From: Macrostomum hystrix
Taxonomy: Eukaryota > Animalia > Platyhelminthes
Length of the DNA: 64,000 nt
NCBI GenBank assembly: GCA_950097015.1
Contig: CATNEN010000038.1
Coordinates: forward strand, 18,042,001-18,106,000
Reading direction: 5' to 3'
Part shown: positions 12,111-24,443 of the stretch, in pieces
How positions within the stretch are numbered: the stretch's first letter is position 1
How the letters are laid out: every line of letters starts with the position of its first letter
The notes under the pieces: generated by a model
What the model saw: the letters and a program-made list of their open reading frames with translations, nothing else
Databases searched by the model: none
What the model was told of the DNA's origin: nothing
Position numbers and translations under genes: made by a program

Positions 12111-12595
12111 AGTCCAGTCCTGACCATTAAGGCCTAGAAATCATATGATTTTTCAATTAGCCGGATTGAATAACAGTTAAAGTCAACAAAGACAACAGCC
12201 TCAATTGGCGAAAAATTCTTGAAACGCAAAACTCTAAGACCTGATTTAGTCTCTTGCAAAAATTTCCATCACAACGGACCCGTTCGAGATTAATTTTTGA
12301 GTAGATACTTTCCAAGTAGAAGAATATATATAGTAAAGACGAATAGCTAGCTATATAGTAATAGACGGATAGAGTAAAAAAATGACAAAGATCAAAAAGC
12401 AGTCCAACAGGTCTTGAGCTCGGGCAATTGGTTGGGGCAAAAAAAAACTGGCGCTTCTATGTTGGTAGAAAGTCTTTCTGGTCTCTTCCAAGAACACAAA
12501 AAGTATTTAACCACCCCATTAGCACGGACTACTCAAGTAGTCCTTGCCCATTAGTAACTATTTCGACAAGAACAGCCGCTCGACTCCGTTTAAAC

Positions 12596-13310
12596 TCAGT
12601 ACATCTTGACGAAACGGCGCCAGGCCGGGTCCTTCTCGATGGCGTCGCCGACGCTCGAGTCCGAGTAGTCCAGCATGCGGCACAGGCCGATGTCGGTGTT
12701 GACCAGGGCAGCGCGGCACTCCCAGCGTGAGGCGCAGGCATTCAGGCAGGTGAACTCCTTCTCGATGGCAATGTCCGTGTAGCAGTAGTTCGGAGTGATT
12801 TCGCCGAGCTGCATGAAGTCCGATAGTTTGAACATGCCGCCGCTGTTTGGTGTCTCCTTCGGCTGGCACACGATGCGCTTCGTCGTTACAACAGAAGACG
12901 CGTCCAATAGTCCCGTGGGTCGAATGGCCATTCCATCGTCGCCGCTGTGAACGTCGTCAGGACAGTCAGCCGTCTAGTCATCATCGCCGACCTCTGGAAA
13001 CTCGGTGCCGTTGGTTGAGCCAGCCCGTTCTGTTCCTGTACCTCTCGACCAGAAAGTCAGTTCCGCCAAGCCATATCAGGGTTCTGGACAGGTCGCGCGC
13101 GACTCGAGCTCGTTCGATACCGAGCGCGAGCTCGCCGTTGATTCCGTGACAGAAGCGGGCGGCATCGCACCAATTTCTCGCTGCGTCATTGATGTTCCAG
13201 TACAGACAGAAGCCGTTGAGCATTGTGTAGGGCTTCGGACAGTCGAGTACCATCGGATCGGCCAGCGCGAGGAGCATTGTCACAAACAAAAGCCACGACA
13301 GTTTTGCCAT
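12596..13310 (-). pseudogene. C-type lectin + PAN pseudogene, paralog of 30886-31596
   Basis: Colinear with 30886-31596 but has a 2-nt deletion near 13015 (frameshift) and TGG>TAG at 12974-12976. Confidence 0.85.
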
Positions 13311-14159
13311 TTTCAGGCTCAGCCAAAACAAGTCGATAAAGATAACTCAGCTGAACGGACTGTTAAAGCCAGCTTATTGTCAATTTTGAAGCCAATCTTA
13401 TAAGTCTGCCTTTTTTGCATGGTAGTTCGCATCAACAAAGGCCGTAACCAAGGCAATCGGAACATAATCCTGTGTAATTTGGCGGTTTCCTGTACATCCA
13501 CATTGTTCTTTGCGGGTTTCTACCAGCCCAACCCAACCCAGCCACGAAGTCGAAAAAAACTAGTTTTTTCTGGTTGGTAAAGAAGGGTAAAAATGCAAAA
13601 AAATCTTTTGATGAGATATCAAATGCTGCTAAAACAATGAAAATAGTCTCTTGTAGAAACTGCACGACTATGCTGGTTAAAAGCTAAAATTAGCAAGCTG
13701 AATACCGAGTCAAGACTATCAAGATTTCAATACGCCATTTCACTGTGGCTTTAGCTGGAGCAAAGAGGAACAGGCTTTGCTGGGAGCTGTTGCAGCATTT
13801 TGTCTAAGCTCCCCATCTGCTGATTGCGAGCCATCAGCAGAATCAATGCGATCAGAGTCGATCAGAATCAATCGACTTGATTTTCATAATAGCTACTCAT
13901 TAGCTAAATGCATACAGTTGATCGAGCAATTTGAGGCATTCTACACTGTCGTAAAAGTGCAGATTAAGCAGTTATTAGCAGGGGCCAGCAACCCCAACCC
14001 GCGGGCAAAAAATCAACTAAATCAGCCCTCTGACCATTTTTCAACACCTACCTACTCTGTCTCATCTTTTCCGTGTCTCAACTGGTCTTATGACTCATTT
14101 CTTCCCTACTACATTCCTGTCAGGTAATCACTCCTATATCACATGTTTCCTTTTTCCTC

Positions 14160-14875
14160 ACTCATGTCTTATCTCTCCCCTGACTCACCACTCATGTCTT
14201 ATCTCTCCCTGCCTCATCACTGCACTGCTGTCTTATCTCTCCCCTGACTCACCACTCATGTCTTATCTCTCCCCTGACTCACCACTCATGTCTTATCTCT
14301 CCCCTGACTCACCACTCATGTCTTATCTCTCCCCTGACTCACCACTCATGCCTTATCTCTCCCTGCCTCATCACTGCACTGCTGTCTTATCTCTCCCCTG
14401 ACTCACCACTCATGTCTTATCTCTCCCCTGACTCACCACTCATGTCTTATCTCTCCCCTGACTCACCACTGCACTGCTGTCTTATCTCTCCCCTGACTCA
14501 CCACTCATGTCTTATCTCTCCCCTGACTCACCACTCATGTCTTATCTCTCCCTGCCTCATCACTGCACTGCTGTCTTATCTCTCCCTGCCTCATCACTGC
14601 AATGCTGTCTTATCTCTCCCTGCCTCATCACTGCACTGCTGTCTTATCTCTCCCCTGACTCATCACTGCACTGCTGTCTTATCTCTCCCTGCCTCATCAC
14701 TGCACTGCTGTCTTATCTCTCCCCTGACTCACCACTCATGTCTTATCTCTCCCCTGCCTCATCACTGCACTGCTGTCTTATCTCTCCCCTGACTCACCAC
14801 TCATGTCTTATCTCTCCCCTGACTCACCACTCATGTCTTGTCTCTCCCCTGACTCACCACTCATCTCTTATCTCT
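14160..14875. repeat. ~30-33-bp minisatellite (ctcatgtcttatctctcccctgactcacca and variants)
   Basis: Direct inspection; two interleaved unit variants. Confidence 0.9.
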
Positions 14876-15495
14876 TCCCCTGCCACATCTCTTCTAAGGA
14901 GACGTGAAATTCCTTTAAATGTTCAAGAGACACGATGCTCACAATGTAACTGACCCACACATATAACCCTTAATGAGGTACCTCGTTAAGCGACTTACAA
15001 ATGTTTATTCTACTTGGCAATCATGCGCGTAAGATTATATTCTTCCAAAAACTTCCACAGACAAGGCACGCATAGAACAGGTGTCACAATACTGCTAAGT
15101 AGGCACACGCTCATCTAATAATCATAGATATTCAAATCCATATATTTTCTACTGCTCATTAGAAAACTCAAAAGAAAACTAAAGTCATGAAAAGCAGCCT
15201 ATGCTCGTACATTCAGAAGAAGCTTTCGCATATAGCCTCTGGAAGAAAATGGGATGGATTGCGTCATGGCCTTCCAAGACAGACGTTTCGGGAGCTTTTA
15301 TGTGCTGAGAAAATGGCACCTTGGAGAAAAAAGAAACGTGGTAATTACATTCGACAAAAGTAAATGAATTGTTTTACTACATTACTTACATGAAAAACCA
15401 GAAGCTAACATTTTCTGAGTATTTTCTTATTAGTACGCTAAAACTACTGCCGTTTAAATAAATATTGGCGCATTTCACCCCAGGTCAGCTTAATT

Positions 15496-16337
15496 TCAAA
15501 ACATTCGTAAAAAATATGAAGTATAATGGCGCCAAATGAACAGCGCAAGCAGAATCACTAGCAGCAAAGTGCAGCCCAGCAGTACGAATACGTACGGCAA
15601 ATTCTGGTACGAAGCAGCAGGCGGAGGCGGAGGGTACGTTCGTAATGCGCTACAATTAGTTTTTGCATCGTTTAATATACATTCGTAGAGTTGATAATTT
15701 AACCATTTCGCTTTTAGAGGATCGTAAATATTTGACTCACGATGCGATCTCATGAGCCAAAGTTCACAGCCCGTGTGGGCTTCAATTTCATTAGATCTAG
15801 GCGTTTTAGAAATAGCTATAAGGCACTTTTCTGATGGATAGCAAAACATTTTTTCTCCTGGTATCACAAAACTATGTGTTACTTTTGTGTACTGAAGGCA
15901 TGGTACCAGATCACGTTTTAGATCATTGACAAAGTTAGATACACTCGCTTTATTGCAGTTTTGACCCGTGCAGTCTTTGCAATATTTTGTAGTGGAACAG
16001 GCGCCGCAACCATATTTCAGTTTCTAAAAAAGTTTCCGCATAAGGCAAAGTTTATAGGGCAAACTGTTGCTTTATGATTTCGAATTGATTTGCTAATTTA
16101 ATTAGTTTAATCGATTCGATCGCTCACCACTTGATTGTCATTAGCTGAATCTCTAGGATCATATTCCGCTTTACACTTAGTGACGCTTGGAGTACAAACT
16201 GTATCAGTATTGTCCTTCTCATATTCATCAAATTCTCTTTCTTTATTATTCGACCAGATACATGTAATACAATCAGCCAGCTGAATGCCTTCAAGTGCAA
16301 GAAACACGCAAACAATAACCAGCTTTAAAGTCGTCAT
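15496..16337 (-). CDS. Type I membrane protein with two Cys-rich Ly6/uPAR (three-finger)-like modules
   Basis: Exons 16337-16128 (donor gtgagc) and 16023-15496 (acceptor ttttag) join in phase 0. Signal peptide MTTLKLVIVCVFLALEG, ITC...C...C...YGCGAC...CKDCTGQNCN, a second Cys module, Pro stalk and TM segment YVFVLLGCTLLLVILLALFIW. Confidence 0.75.
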
Positions 16338-17221
16338 GATTGCCAGCTTCGATTCCGAATAGCCCAGTTTGATTAGGTTGATTAGCTGGCAGGTGGCAGT
16401 TGAATTGCAGTCAATTCTTGATCCAATTTGCAACGGCTGAGTAGAATCGGCCAGAATGCTTGTCGAGAACGCGGTCGAGTGTTGTCAGTTGTTGGATTTG
16501 ATTCTTCGTTTCGGACCGCTGCCCCTTCAATTTGCTGCAGAAAATGCAGGTCCGAGCCGCCTCGGTCTATGGTCAGCGCTGGCTGACTCAGGGGCACCCG
16601 CCTTTTGTCTATGGCAAAATTCAGCTCCACTTTCCTTTTTCATGCATGACTTTTGCTCTGGCAGTTGCTCTGGCAGCATGTCTACGAAACAATTCAAGCT
16701 TCCAGGCGCAAGGCTACAGATGCCTACCTACGCAGTTACTGGTATATTGTATGAATATGATTAATATGAAAGGACAGCAGAGAAAGTCTTACCCCCTTAG
16801 ACTAATTTGGGGCAGACGGAATACAAAAACCACATAAGTCACGTGTTTATCCGCATAAACAGTAGTACAGTAGTAAGCAGTTCGATAGCGTGTTAGACCA
16901 CCACATTTGTCACCCTTGCCCTTGCTCAGTTCCTTTCAGCGCTGTCATTGGCTAGGCTTTCTCCCAGCCTGCTCCGAGCCAAAGTGGCATGCATTGTGAA
17001 CTGCGGTCACTTGCTTTAATTAGGACGAATGCCGCTTCCCACTGCCACAATGGTTTCGTATGTGTTCTCCATGCCGGGCTCTGACTTTACACCCTGCGAC
17101 ACGGTCTCTGGTGTTTGAGTTTGATTGCTGCACCGGGGCTTCTGTGTGGATAAAAGGAGACGAAATAAAGAATTAAACAGTGATACCTGCTAGAAAATTA
17201 GTCAGCTATACTACTCCTATT

Positions 17222-17450
17222 GATAATAATATTAATGACTGATTACACCTGCCGATTGGGCCAGATGTGCAGCCGACAGCAGCCGCAGCTATTGCGCGGC
17301 GCATCTGAAGGCCGGGTACGGCTGTTCAGTCCATGGACTGGGGGACGCCACACCCACCCTCAATGACACACTTAACAGCTCGGTGAACGGAAGCAAATAC
17401 TTCGTACACAGTCCATGGACTGAGGTTTTACAGCAGGGTGAACTTAACTG
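17222..17450 (-). mobile_element. SINE family B, 5'-truncated/rearranged copy
   Basis: Reverse complement of the 28255-28424 body and tail (gattacacctgcc...gggccagatgtgcag...cagtccatggactgggggacgccacacccaccctcaat). Confidence 0.85.
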
Positions 17451-17842
17451 AAAGGGCAATATTATTTATTGCTCCAACTTATAATTAAGTTTTTTTTAGT
17501 TTTCTAATTTCTAATTTTTAAGGTGTGACTTCGCCAAAGCGTTTGTACGATGCATGCATCCTGTGTCACGGCTCCGGAGACCCAAGGTTATCCATGCATG
17601 TAATAGTAATAGTTCAAAGTTAACAGAAACCAGTGAGTGAAGCCTCACGGATCGGGTTTTGTTGCTGTCGGTCGTCCTTTGTCCGTAGATTTACATTGAT
17701 TATTAAATAAAACTTTTAATCTCACTGGTGTGTTATGTCTGATTTAAATTATAATCAGCATCGCCCACTAGGTTGCATTCTTTAAACTTGGCGCTAATTT
17801 AATGTTCGGCATCTCGTCATTAAAATAGTGTCATTGCGCGCC

Positions 17843-18115
17843 AGGGGTGAGTGGCGGAGCGCTTAGCATGTTTGCCTTTCGCACCAATGTGAATGGGCTC
17901 GATTCCACATTTGTTTGGTGCGCAATTCGCGCCCCTGAGGGACAGCCTCCAAGAGGCAGTGAGAGTGTACACTGCCTGACGATGAGAAAGTCAGGGCAGA
18001 TGTACACACCTGTCGGAGCATGTGCCTGCCTAGATAATCAGTGTGCGTGTGTGCTCAGGAGCCAGTGAAATGGGCAGAGTTGCCTCCCCGCTGGTCGTGG
18101 GTCTAGTGTACCGTG
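17843..18115 (+). mobile_element. SINE family A, internally deleted copy
   Basis: ggggtgagtggcggagcg head, gtgtacactgcctgacgatgagaaagtcagggcagatgtacac core. Confidence 0.85.
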
Positions 18116-18399
18116 GACAGAACGGTACGGGTCTCGTGGATAGAAAAATGAAATATATCATGAATATATACCATATATTTCGATAAAATATGGGTACCTG
18201 TAGTACTTGGCTGCCCAATTGTAAGGTGAATTCCTGCGAAACTCAGAGCATCATCGTACTTATCGGTCCTGTTCGTAACAAGCATTCTGAGCAGCAGCAT
18301 CGTCACCTGCACAGTTGGAGTTTGATATTAAAACGCTTATAAAACAAGCTGCAGAAGTTCTGTGCATTTGTTGTGTCGATTTTGGGCAATCGATTTAGA

Positions 18400-18750
18400 G
18401 CTACCAAGGCGGGATTCCCCCCCCCACAGAGAATTATTTGTGTTGCACCCGAACAGAGCAACGCAAGCACACGCAACTCTTTCTTGGGCCAATTTTTGCT
18501 TCGCATTTTCTCAAACAATAATCCAGCCGCCAGCTCTTTAGATCATCGAGATATTCAATGTTTCTAGCCGAAGGTCGGATTTTCCCATAATGCTAGCGTA
18601 TTTCATACACCCCCATACACGAATTCGCACTGTGCCTCAGTGCGGGCTTGCTAGGCCTTCAAAATTTATCAGCATGTCACCCGAATGTGCCTGCATCATC
18701 TCCGTCTTCGTTGGTCACCTACCTTTATCTAGGCGGAGCTGCTGGACCTA
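18400..18750 (+). pseudogene. Degenerate coding-like segment, copy 1 of 3 (others at ~18868-19210 and ~20170-20680 on the minus strand)
   Basis: Shared translated blocks APEQSNASTRN, D(H/R)RDIQ, LSA..(L/S)GLQ.LSA.HPNVP and YL.GAAG, with stops and frameshifts in each copy; product unknown. Confidence 0.55.
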
Positions 18751-18867
18751 AAAAAGTTAAAGGTCGAGGCTACAGAAGCGACAATAGAAAAATTAGGTTA
18801 GGGACTCCATTGCCTGCTGGAGGCACTATGCTGACGGTGCTGACGGCGTCGGGTCGTGACTGATTGG

Positions 18868-19210
18868 TTAACAGACTAGGTGAGGGTCCTGTGGTTGAGC
18901 TTCGTCCCATATTGAGTCTTGATCAGCGAAATTGTAAAAATTTGCATCAGGGTAACCATATCGGCTGGTGCCCCTTGTTGAATGTCCGGCAGCTCCGTCT
19001 AGATAAATTTGCGTGACTAAAAAAGTCGGAAATGATGAAGGCACATTCGGATGACGTGCTGATAAAGATTGAAGCCCTGACAAGGTCGCACTGAGGCGCA
19101 TTGCGAATTCGTGTTTAGGGGTATGAAATACACTAGAGCTCTTATGGGAAAAAATCAGGCCTTCGGGCAGAACAGTTGAATATCACGACGGTCTGAAGGG
19201 CTGACGACTT
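18868..19210 (-). pseudogene. Degenerate coding-like segment, copy 2 (inverted relative to copy 1)
   Basis: Reverse complement aligns to 18531-18750; ends ...SIWDEAQPQDPHLVC*. Confidence 0.5.
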
Positions 19211-19323
19211 GACGACATGAAATAATTGTCATGGGGATTCCCCATGGTATAAAAAGCGTGGCAAAATGGCTTGGTAGTCCAACTGGTAACCGGAATGATC
19301 GGTTGTTAAAAGGCAGTCAATAC

Positions 19324-19951
19324 CTGTGCGCTGCACGTCACTGTGAGAACCTCTCCCTTGACAACGGAACCGTTACTGGTCCTGGTGATGCCGCACCGAA
19401 TCCAGTGGCTTTTCGAGCTTTTGAAATGGTCGCTGATCTTCACTTGCCTCGGGTAACAGTGGTCCACGTCAGCGAAGTCCACGACCCCAGCCGAGGTCCA
19501 GATTTCGATGCCGACACTTCGGTTGTAGGTTTGGTTGAATGAGTCTGAAAATTGAAGCTTCTCTGACTGTTTCTGGATGTTCGGAAAGAGATGATCATAT
19601 TAATTATTATAAGATCAGCCTGGGCATTCACGAACCATTCCTGCCGCTGATGCTGACCGCACTCATTAGCATAGTCTCCTTGAGCTGCACCACAAACCAA
19701 TGGCAGCCATCGTCCGCAAGAGCTTTATAACCGCTGTGGACAAACTGATAGCTTATATCGCTGCTAACCAATCCGTCCTCTTCCTGGGCGCTTCTGCCCC
19801 AGAAGCAGTATAGCGAACTATTGTTATACATAGATGACTGCCACGCGCTAAGCACCGAGCGGTTGCCGATCTTCAGAGTGGCGCCGGCTGGTCCTAATTG
19901 GATAACAATCATTACAGCGAGCGTCAAAAAAAAGTTACGGTAACTAAACAT
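19324..19951 (-). CDS. Secreted F-type lectin (fucolectin / F5-8 type C-like) domain protein, 3' end unresolved
   Basis: Exon 19951-19636 (donor gttcgt) joins exon 19544-19324 in phase 1. Signal peptide, AWQSS, EDG, VHS, HWFVVQLKETMLMSAVSISGRND...NRSVGIEIW...CG...GEVLTVTC follow the FTL pattern A.QSS..DG..H..WW.VDL..V.I.NR..R....I..CG...C. Confidence 0.72.
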
Positions 19952-20169
19952 CTGTACTCCGCTTGCTCATTCAGATTCAGAGTGGTGGGTTTCTAAACAT
20001 AAATTTCAGGCCTGCGGTCCCTACGAAGTTAAGTATTCGTTAAATTTTAGACTACACTACTAAGCAATTTTGCGACCCGTTTGTTATACCAATGGGGGTG
20101 GGAATTTCTGAAATTGTTTTTTGGCAGCGCCCGAATGCAAACAGCGTTGGGTGGTGACTGATTGTTGAC

Positions 20170-20870
20170 AGCCTAGTTGACAGCCTAGGCGATGGTGTCC
20201 TGTGGTCGAGCTGCGCCTAATATTTTGCCTTGATCAGTGAAAATGGAGCAATTCGCGTCAGGGTGTCCACAGTGACCTAGTTCCATCTGTTGTAGTCCTT
20301 GAAGGTCCAGCAGTCCGTCTAGATACAGCTAGGTGACCCCCGAAGTCGTAGATGATGCAGGCACATTCGGGTGAAATACATTTTGAAGGCCTGGCAAGGC
20401 TGCACTGAGGCGCAGTGCTAACTCGTGTATAGGGGTGTAAAAAACACTATAGCTTATTGAAAAAATCTGACCTTCGGCCAGAAACATTGAATTTCTCGAT
20501 GATCTGAAGAGCTGGCAACTTGATTCTTGTTTTCAGAAGATGCGAAACAACAAAATGGCCCGCTTTCTTGGGTTTCGTGTGCTAGCGTTGCTCTGTTCGG
20601 GTGCAGCACAAAAATTGTCTGGGTGGATTAACAGTAGAACAACCAAGGGATTACCTCCCCCCTTTGTAGTTATACTGTTAATATTATGCCTTACCTCTCT
20701 TAATAAACTCCACTCCCTGAAACCAGGTCGTTTTTTCAGAATGATAAAAGCAGCATCACAGGTCTGGGGACACTTAAACTTACCTTCATTGTGCCCATTG
20801 TGCACTGCCAATGAGCATTTCGAAGACACAAGCATCGTCAGTATGACTAAGAGGTATGCGCTCTTCATGC
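20170..20870 (-). pseudogene. Degenerate secreted-protein gene, copy 3
   Basis: Signal-peptide-like MKSAYLLVILTMLVSSKCSLA, then FCAAPEQSNASTRN..., stop at 20533, and continued homology to copies 1 and 2. Confidence 0.5.
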
Positions 20871-21321
20871 TTTTAGAGGATTTTAGAAACAAGTTTTCTT
20901 TAGCACACAGCCTACAACAATGTTAATTATAGCGTCTTGATTTTCACGCCTCCTAAGTTACTTGGCCATTGCAGTCGTAAAAGACCAGACATACTAGAAT
21001 CCACAAACATACATGCAGTTATGTACTGCTGTACACTTTCATGTGCGATTCAGGAACTTACGAAGTGCACGAGTGAGCTGTTCTGTTCAGAACTTCACTG
21101 TACAACTGATCTTCGTGCAAATTTAATCATAAATAAACAAACTATTACTCGTGAACATTATCTTAAAGTTTATGTTCACAATTTCAATTTGGGCACTGCG
21201 AAAGGCTGTTCTTGTGCAGCCAAGTTTCAATTTTTAAACTAAACAAAAATCTGAAATTTACTGCATGCCAATGACACTTTTATGACATGAAAGCACCTCC
21301 TATATGTGCGCTATGTATCGG

Positions 21322-21507
21322 TGACGTCAGTGTTATTTTTAGCAACAGGCCCCGATTTCATTGGAATGCCCAATTTTTTTTATCTGACGTCAACTTCATA
21401 TTTTTAGAAACTGACGTAACGGTTTCTCCCTATTAAACTTCCTCTATAGTTTGCGGGCTATTTAAGCAATTCTCCTTTAAGGACCAAAGACCAGAATAAT
21501 ACACGTG
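21322..21507. promoter_or_regulatory. Cluster of CRE/ATF sites with CCAAT boxes and an E-box
   Basis: TGACGTCA at 21322-21329 and 21385-21392, TGACGTAA at 21412-21419, ATTGG/CCAAT at 21360-21374, CACGTG at 21502-21507, between divergently oriented genes. Confidence 0.45.
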
Positions 21508-21915
21508 AATCAAACATTTTGACAAAAAAGAGTGCTAAATTTTCCGGTCCGTAATCTATTCAAAATTTGCATTCGGAGCGGCTCATTTAGCAGAATCCTG
21601 TGCTCCCTTGCCCTAAGAACGCCCCTCAGAATTTTGAGACCCAACACACTCAAGGACTACTTAAGTAGCTGAGTACTATATTTGGCTGGAGCACAGAATC
21701 TTCGATACACAGACGAGCCGCAATTAGTTGTTTTCAACAAAATGGTGCAGGTTATATTAATTGTAGGATGCTTAAGTGCAAGTGCATTGCAACAACCCCA
21801 ACAGAATCGCTTACAAATATGCGACCAAGTTCCACGGAAAAACCTCGGCTTAAGAAGCTCTGATCTGTAAACAATTTCGAATACCAATCGCTCGAGAAGA
21901 TTCAACAAGCTAAAA

Positions 21916-23010
21916 TGCTGCGAGTTCTGCTCACGTTCTGCGCTGTGGCCGCCATGTTTGGTAAATTTTGGCCTGTCGATTAGCCAAAGTAGCTGGATTG
22001 CAAAATTTAAATTTATTGGTGCATTTTAGAAAGCTGTTTGGCCATCAACTGCTTCTCTCGCTTCGGCACGTCCTCACTTAGCAATGGAAGCACATCAACC
22101 TGCGGAGTATCTAACGCTTTCTGCTATTCATGCGCATTCGGTGGTACTACTACGGTTGGTGCTGCAACTTCTGCTTGAAATATGAGTAATTTGCCTTCAT
22201 TTTTTTCTCACCTGCGCTGCCCGCATTGCAGACTACTTAATATGCCGGCTGCGCCACGAGTGTATCATGCACTAACTGCAATATCATGATTTGTAACTAC
22301 TGCAACTCAGTCACTCCATCTACAATCAGCTGCTACACTGGCAGTTCACCATATTCCACCTCGGATGGAACATTGACGCCCTGTGTGTCTGGCATCAATA
22401 ACTGCTTCACGCAGTACTCCGTGAGGAGCTATTTTCTGATTGATGATTGGAGCAAATCATTTCTATCGTTGCTAAGCTAATGGACGTTTCAATTCTCCCA
22501 GATTGACGGCTACGCGGGTTGCGGCCCTTGCAGCAAGTCCTCCTCCTTCGGCAAGTACTACCTCTGCAAAGAGTGCAGCGGCAACTATTGCAACGTCTTC
22601 AATCAGCTGCTACACTCGGTCATCCTCGTTTTGGTCATACAATGTTGGCACCAAGACTGCCTGCCCCAGCGAAACCACCAGCTGCTACTCTTTCTCCGTA
22701 CAAAATTGTTACCTGTTTGTCTGAAAGCTAATTGAAAGATCTCGCGCCATGTTTATAATAATCTGGATTCCATTTCCCAAAAGTCTGGAGCTCGAATCTC
22801 AAAGATGAAGGGAAATTTGCATATTTAATTCCAATAGTAGGTAATAATAAGAAGCGGAAATTATTTTTCACACTTCAGGGAGGCGAACGCGGCTGTGGAA
22901 GCTGCACCACCGATTCCATATCGAGCTATCGCTGGATCCTTCAGCGTCAACGCGATGCCAATCGGGTGTCTCCGACGGTGTGCTGCTGATTGTGAAGCAC
23001 CCGATCTGAG
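21916..23010 (+). pseudogene. Multi-module Cys-rich Ly6/uPAR-like secreted protein pseudogene
   Basis: Five GT-AG exons (~21916-21960, 22030-22154, 22232-22420, 22502-22697, 22879-23010) encode a signal peptide and three modules I.C[FY]...C...C[FY]...GC..C...C...C..NYCN; in-frame TAA near 22238 and a frameshift near 22594. Confidence 0.7.
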
Positions 23011-23824
23011 CAGACTTCAAAGTTTACGAGTTAGATTCAATTAACTGAATCCTGCAGTAGATTTTCTATTTTAATTTAGGTAACATTAGCTTTTAGATTC
23101 CACTTTTCTCAGCCTTTGTTCTAACTTATCGATTTCAACTGAGTGTTGCTCACTTCTAACCGAATTCTGTCGCGACGTCTTGGCCAGTAAGGGCTGCAGA
23201 AATTTCATATTAATAAATATTTGGTGCCTCCTTAGACACCTGTTTCCGACTGCAGTGTTTACCTAGATTTGGCCTTAATTTGGTTATCAATTTTTACTTT
23301 TAATATATTATGGATCTTAACTACACGGCCCATGTGGTTCTGAGAGCATGTAGCATAGCTATAAATTGTCTTAAGCTAAACCAGCCTGTTTTCCGAAAAG
23401 AAACTTGAACCGTTTGATTAGCTAATTGCATTGTTCTATAAATAATAACCCGTCTCGGCTTATTTGCTAAATCGTTTGTTAGTAAATCGAAGGGCATTGG
23501 TGCACTTAAGAACTTAATTGACAGTAGAAGAACTAACGAACTACCAAATAACCGATTTTCGTGAAAGTCCACACAATCAAAATTTTGCCCTTCACGATAA
23601 ACAACTTTCAAAGCAGTCCGACGTCAGTATCGTTTTCCAGCGATTTTCAGTGATTCTGGAAGTTGAATAATCAGATAGAGTCGAAAATGTTGGCCAGTGT
23701 TCTGGATTTTCATGGTGGTTCGTTGAATATTTCGAGAGATACAGAAACAAGAAGAATATTTGAAATACTCCATTCTACTGTTAGACATTGTAGCCACAGA
23801 TAAAATTTTTGGCAAGTGCAATTT

Positions 23825-23972
23825 TGGATTCCCATACATATGTTGTTCATCCTCCCTAACTGCTCCGCCATTGTCAATTTCGACCCGCATTTCATTTGGG
23901 TTGTGGGCGTTATTGTAGCGAGAGTCCGCCTGTGTTACTAATGCACCAGTGATGGCGATGCTCTCAGCCACT
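23825..23972 (-). repeat. ~150-bp segment duplicated at 29070-29219
   Basis: Near-identical sequence ttggattcccatacatatg...gatgctctcagccact at both positions. Confidence 0.85.
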
Positions 23973-24443
23973 GCGCATTTGTTTTTTGCACTTGCAAAAA
24001 ATTGTTCAGCTTGCTTCCGGAACAATCGAGTGAGTTTCTCATACGTTAATATGCAAAGAGTGACAACTGGAATCAACAAATGGCCCAATGGCGGCTGCTT
24101 AAATAATTTCTTTATCGAAGCACTGGAGAAATGTATTCAATTCGTCAAGCAGATTGCATTGGAAATACATTTATTTCTTAGATTTTTTTTCTCATTAAAA
24201 TTATAGTTAATCGCAGCTCCAAACTGCTACACAAAACTACCAGCAATTACACTTGTACAATTGGTTTTCATTCCACTTTATCATCTCCATTTACAGTGCT
24301 ATCGTAGATGTACTGGGAATTATTACACCCACTGACGGTGTAGTGTCGGCATGTTTATTAAATAATGCGTATATTTCTACTTGAAGTAACTTATTCGCGC
24401 ACGTCAATATTAATGAATTATTATAATGTACTTATAGGTAAGT

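Noticed and set aside
17564-17740. Small solo LTR starting tgtcacgg
   Set aside because: No matching inverted 3' terminus or TSD.
17975-17995. Hammerhead-like CTGACGA...GAAA in SINE A
   Set aside because: No stem II between the boxes, and CTGAC pairs with the following GTCAG in a simple hairpin; other copies read CTGACAA.
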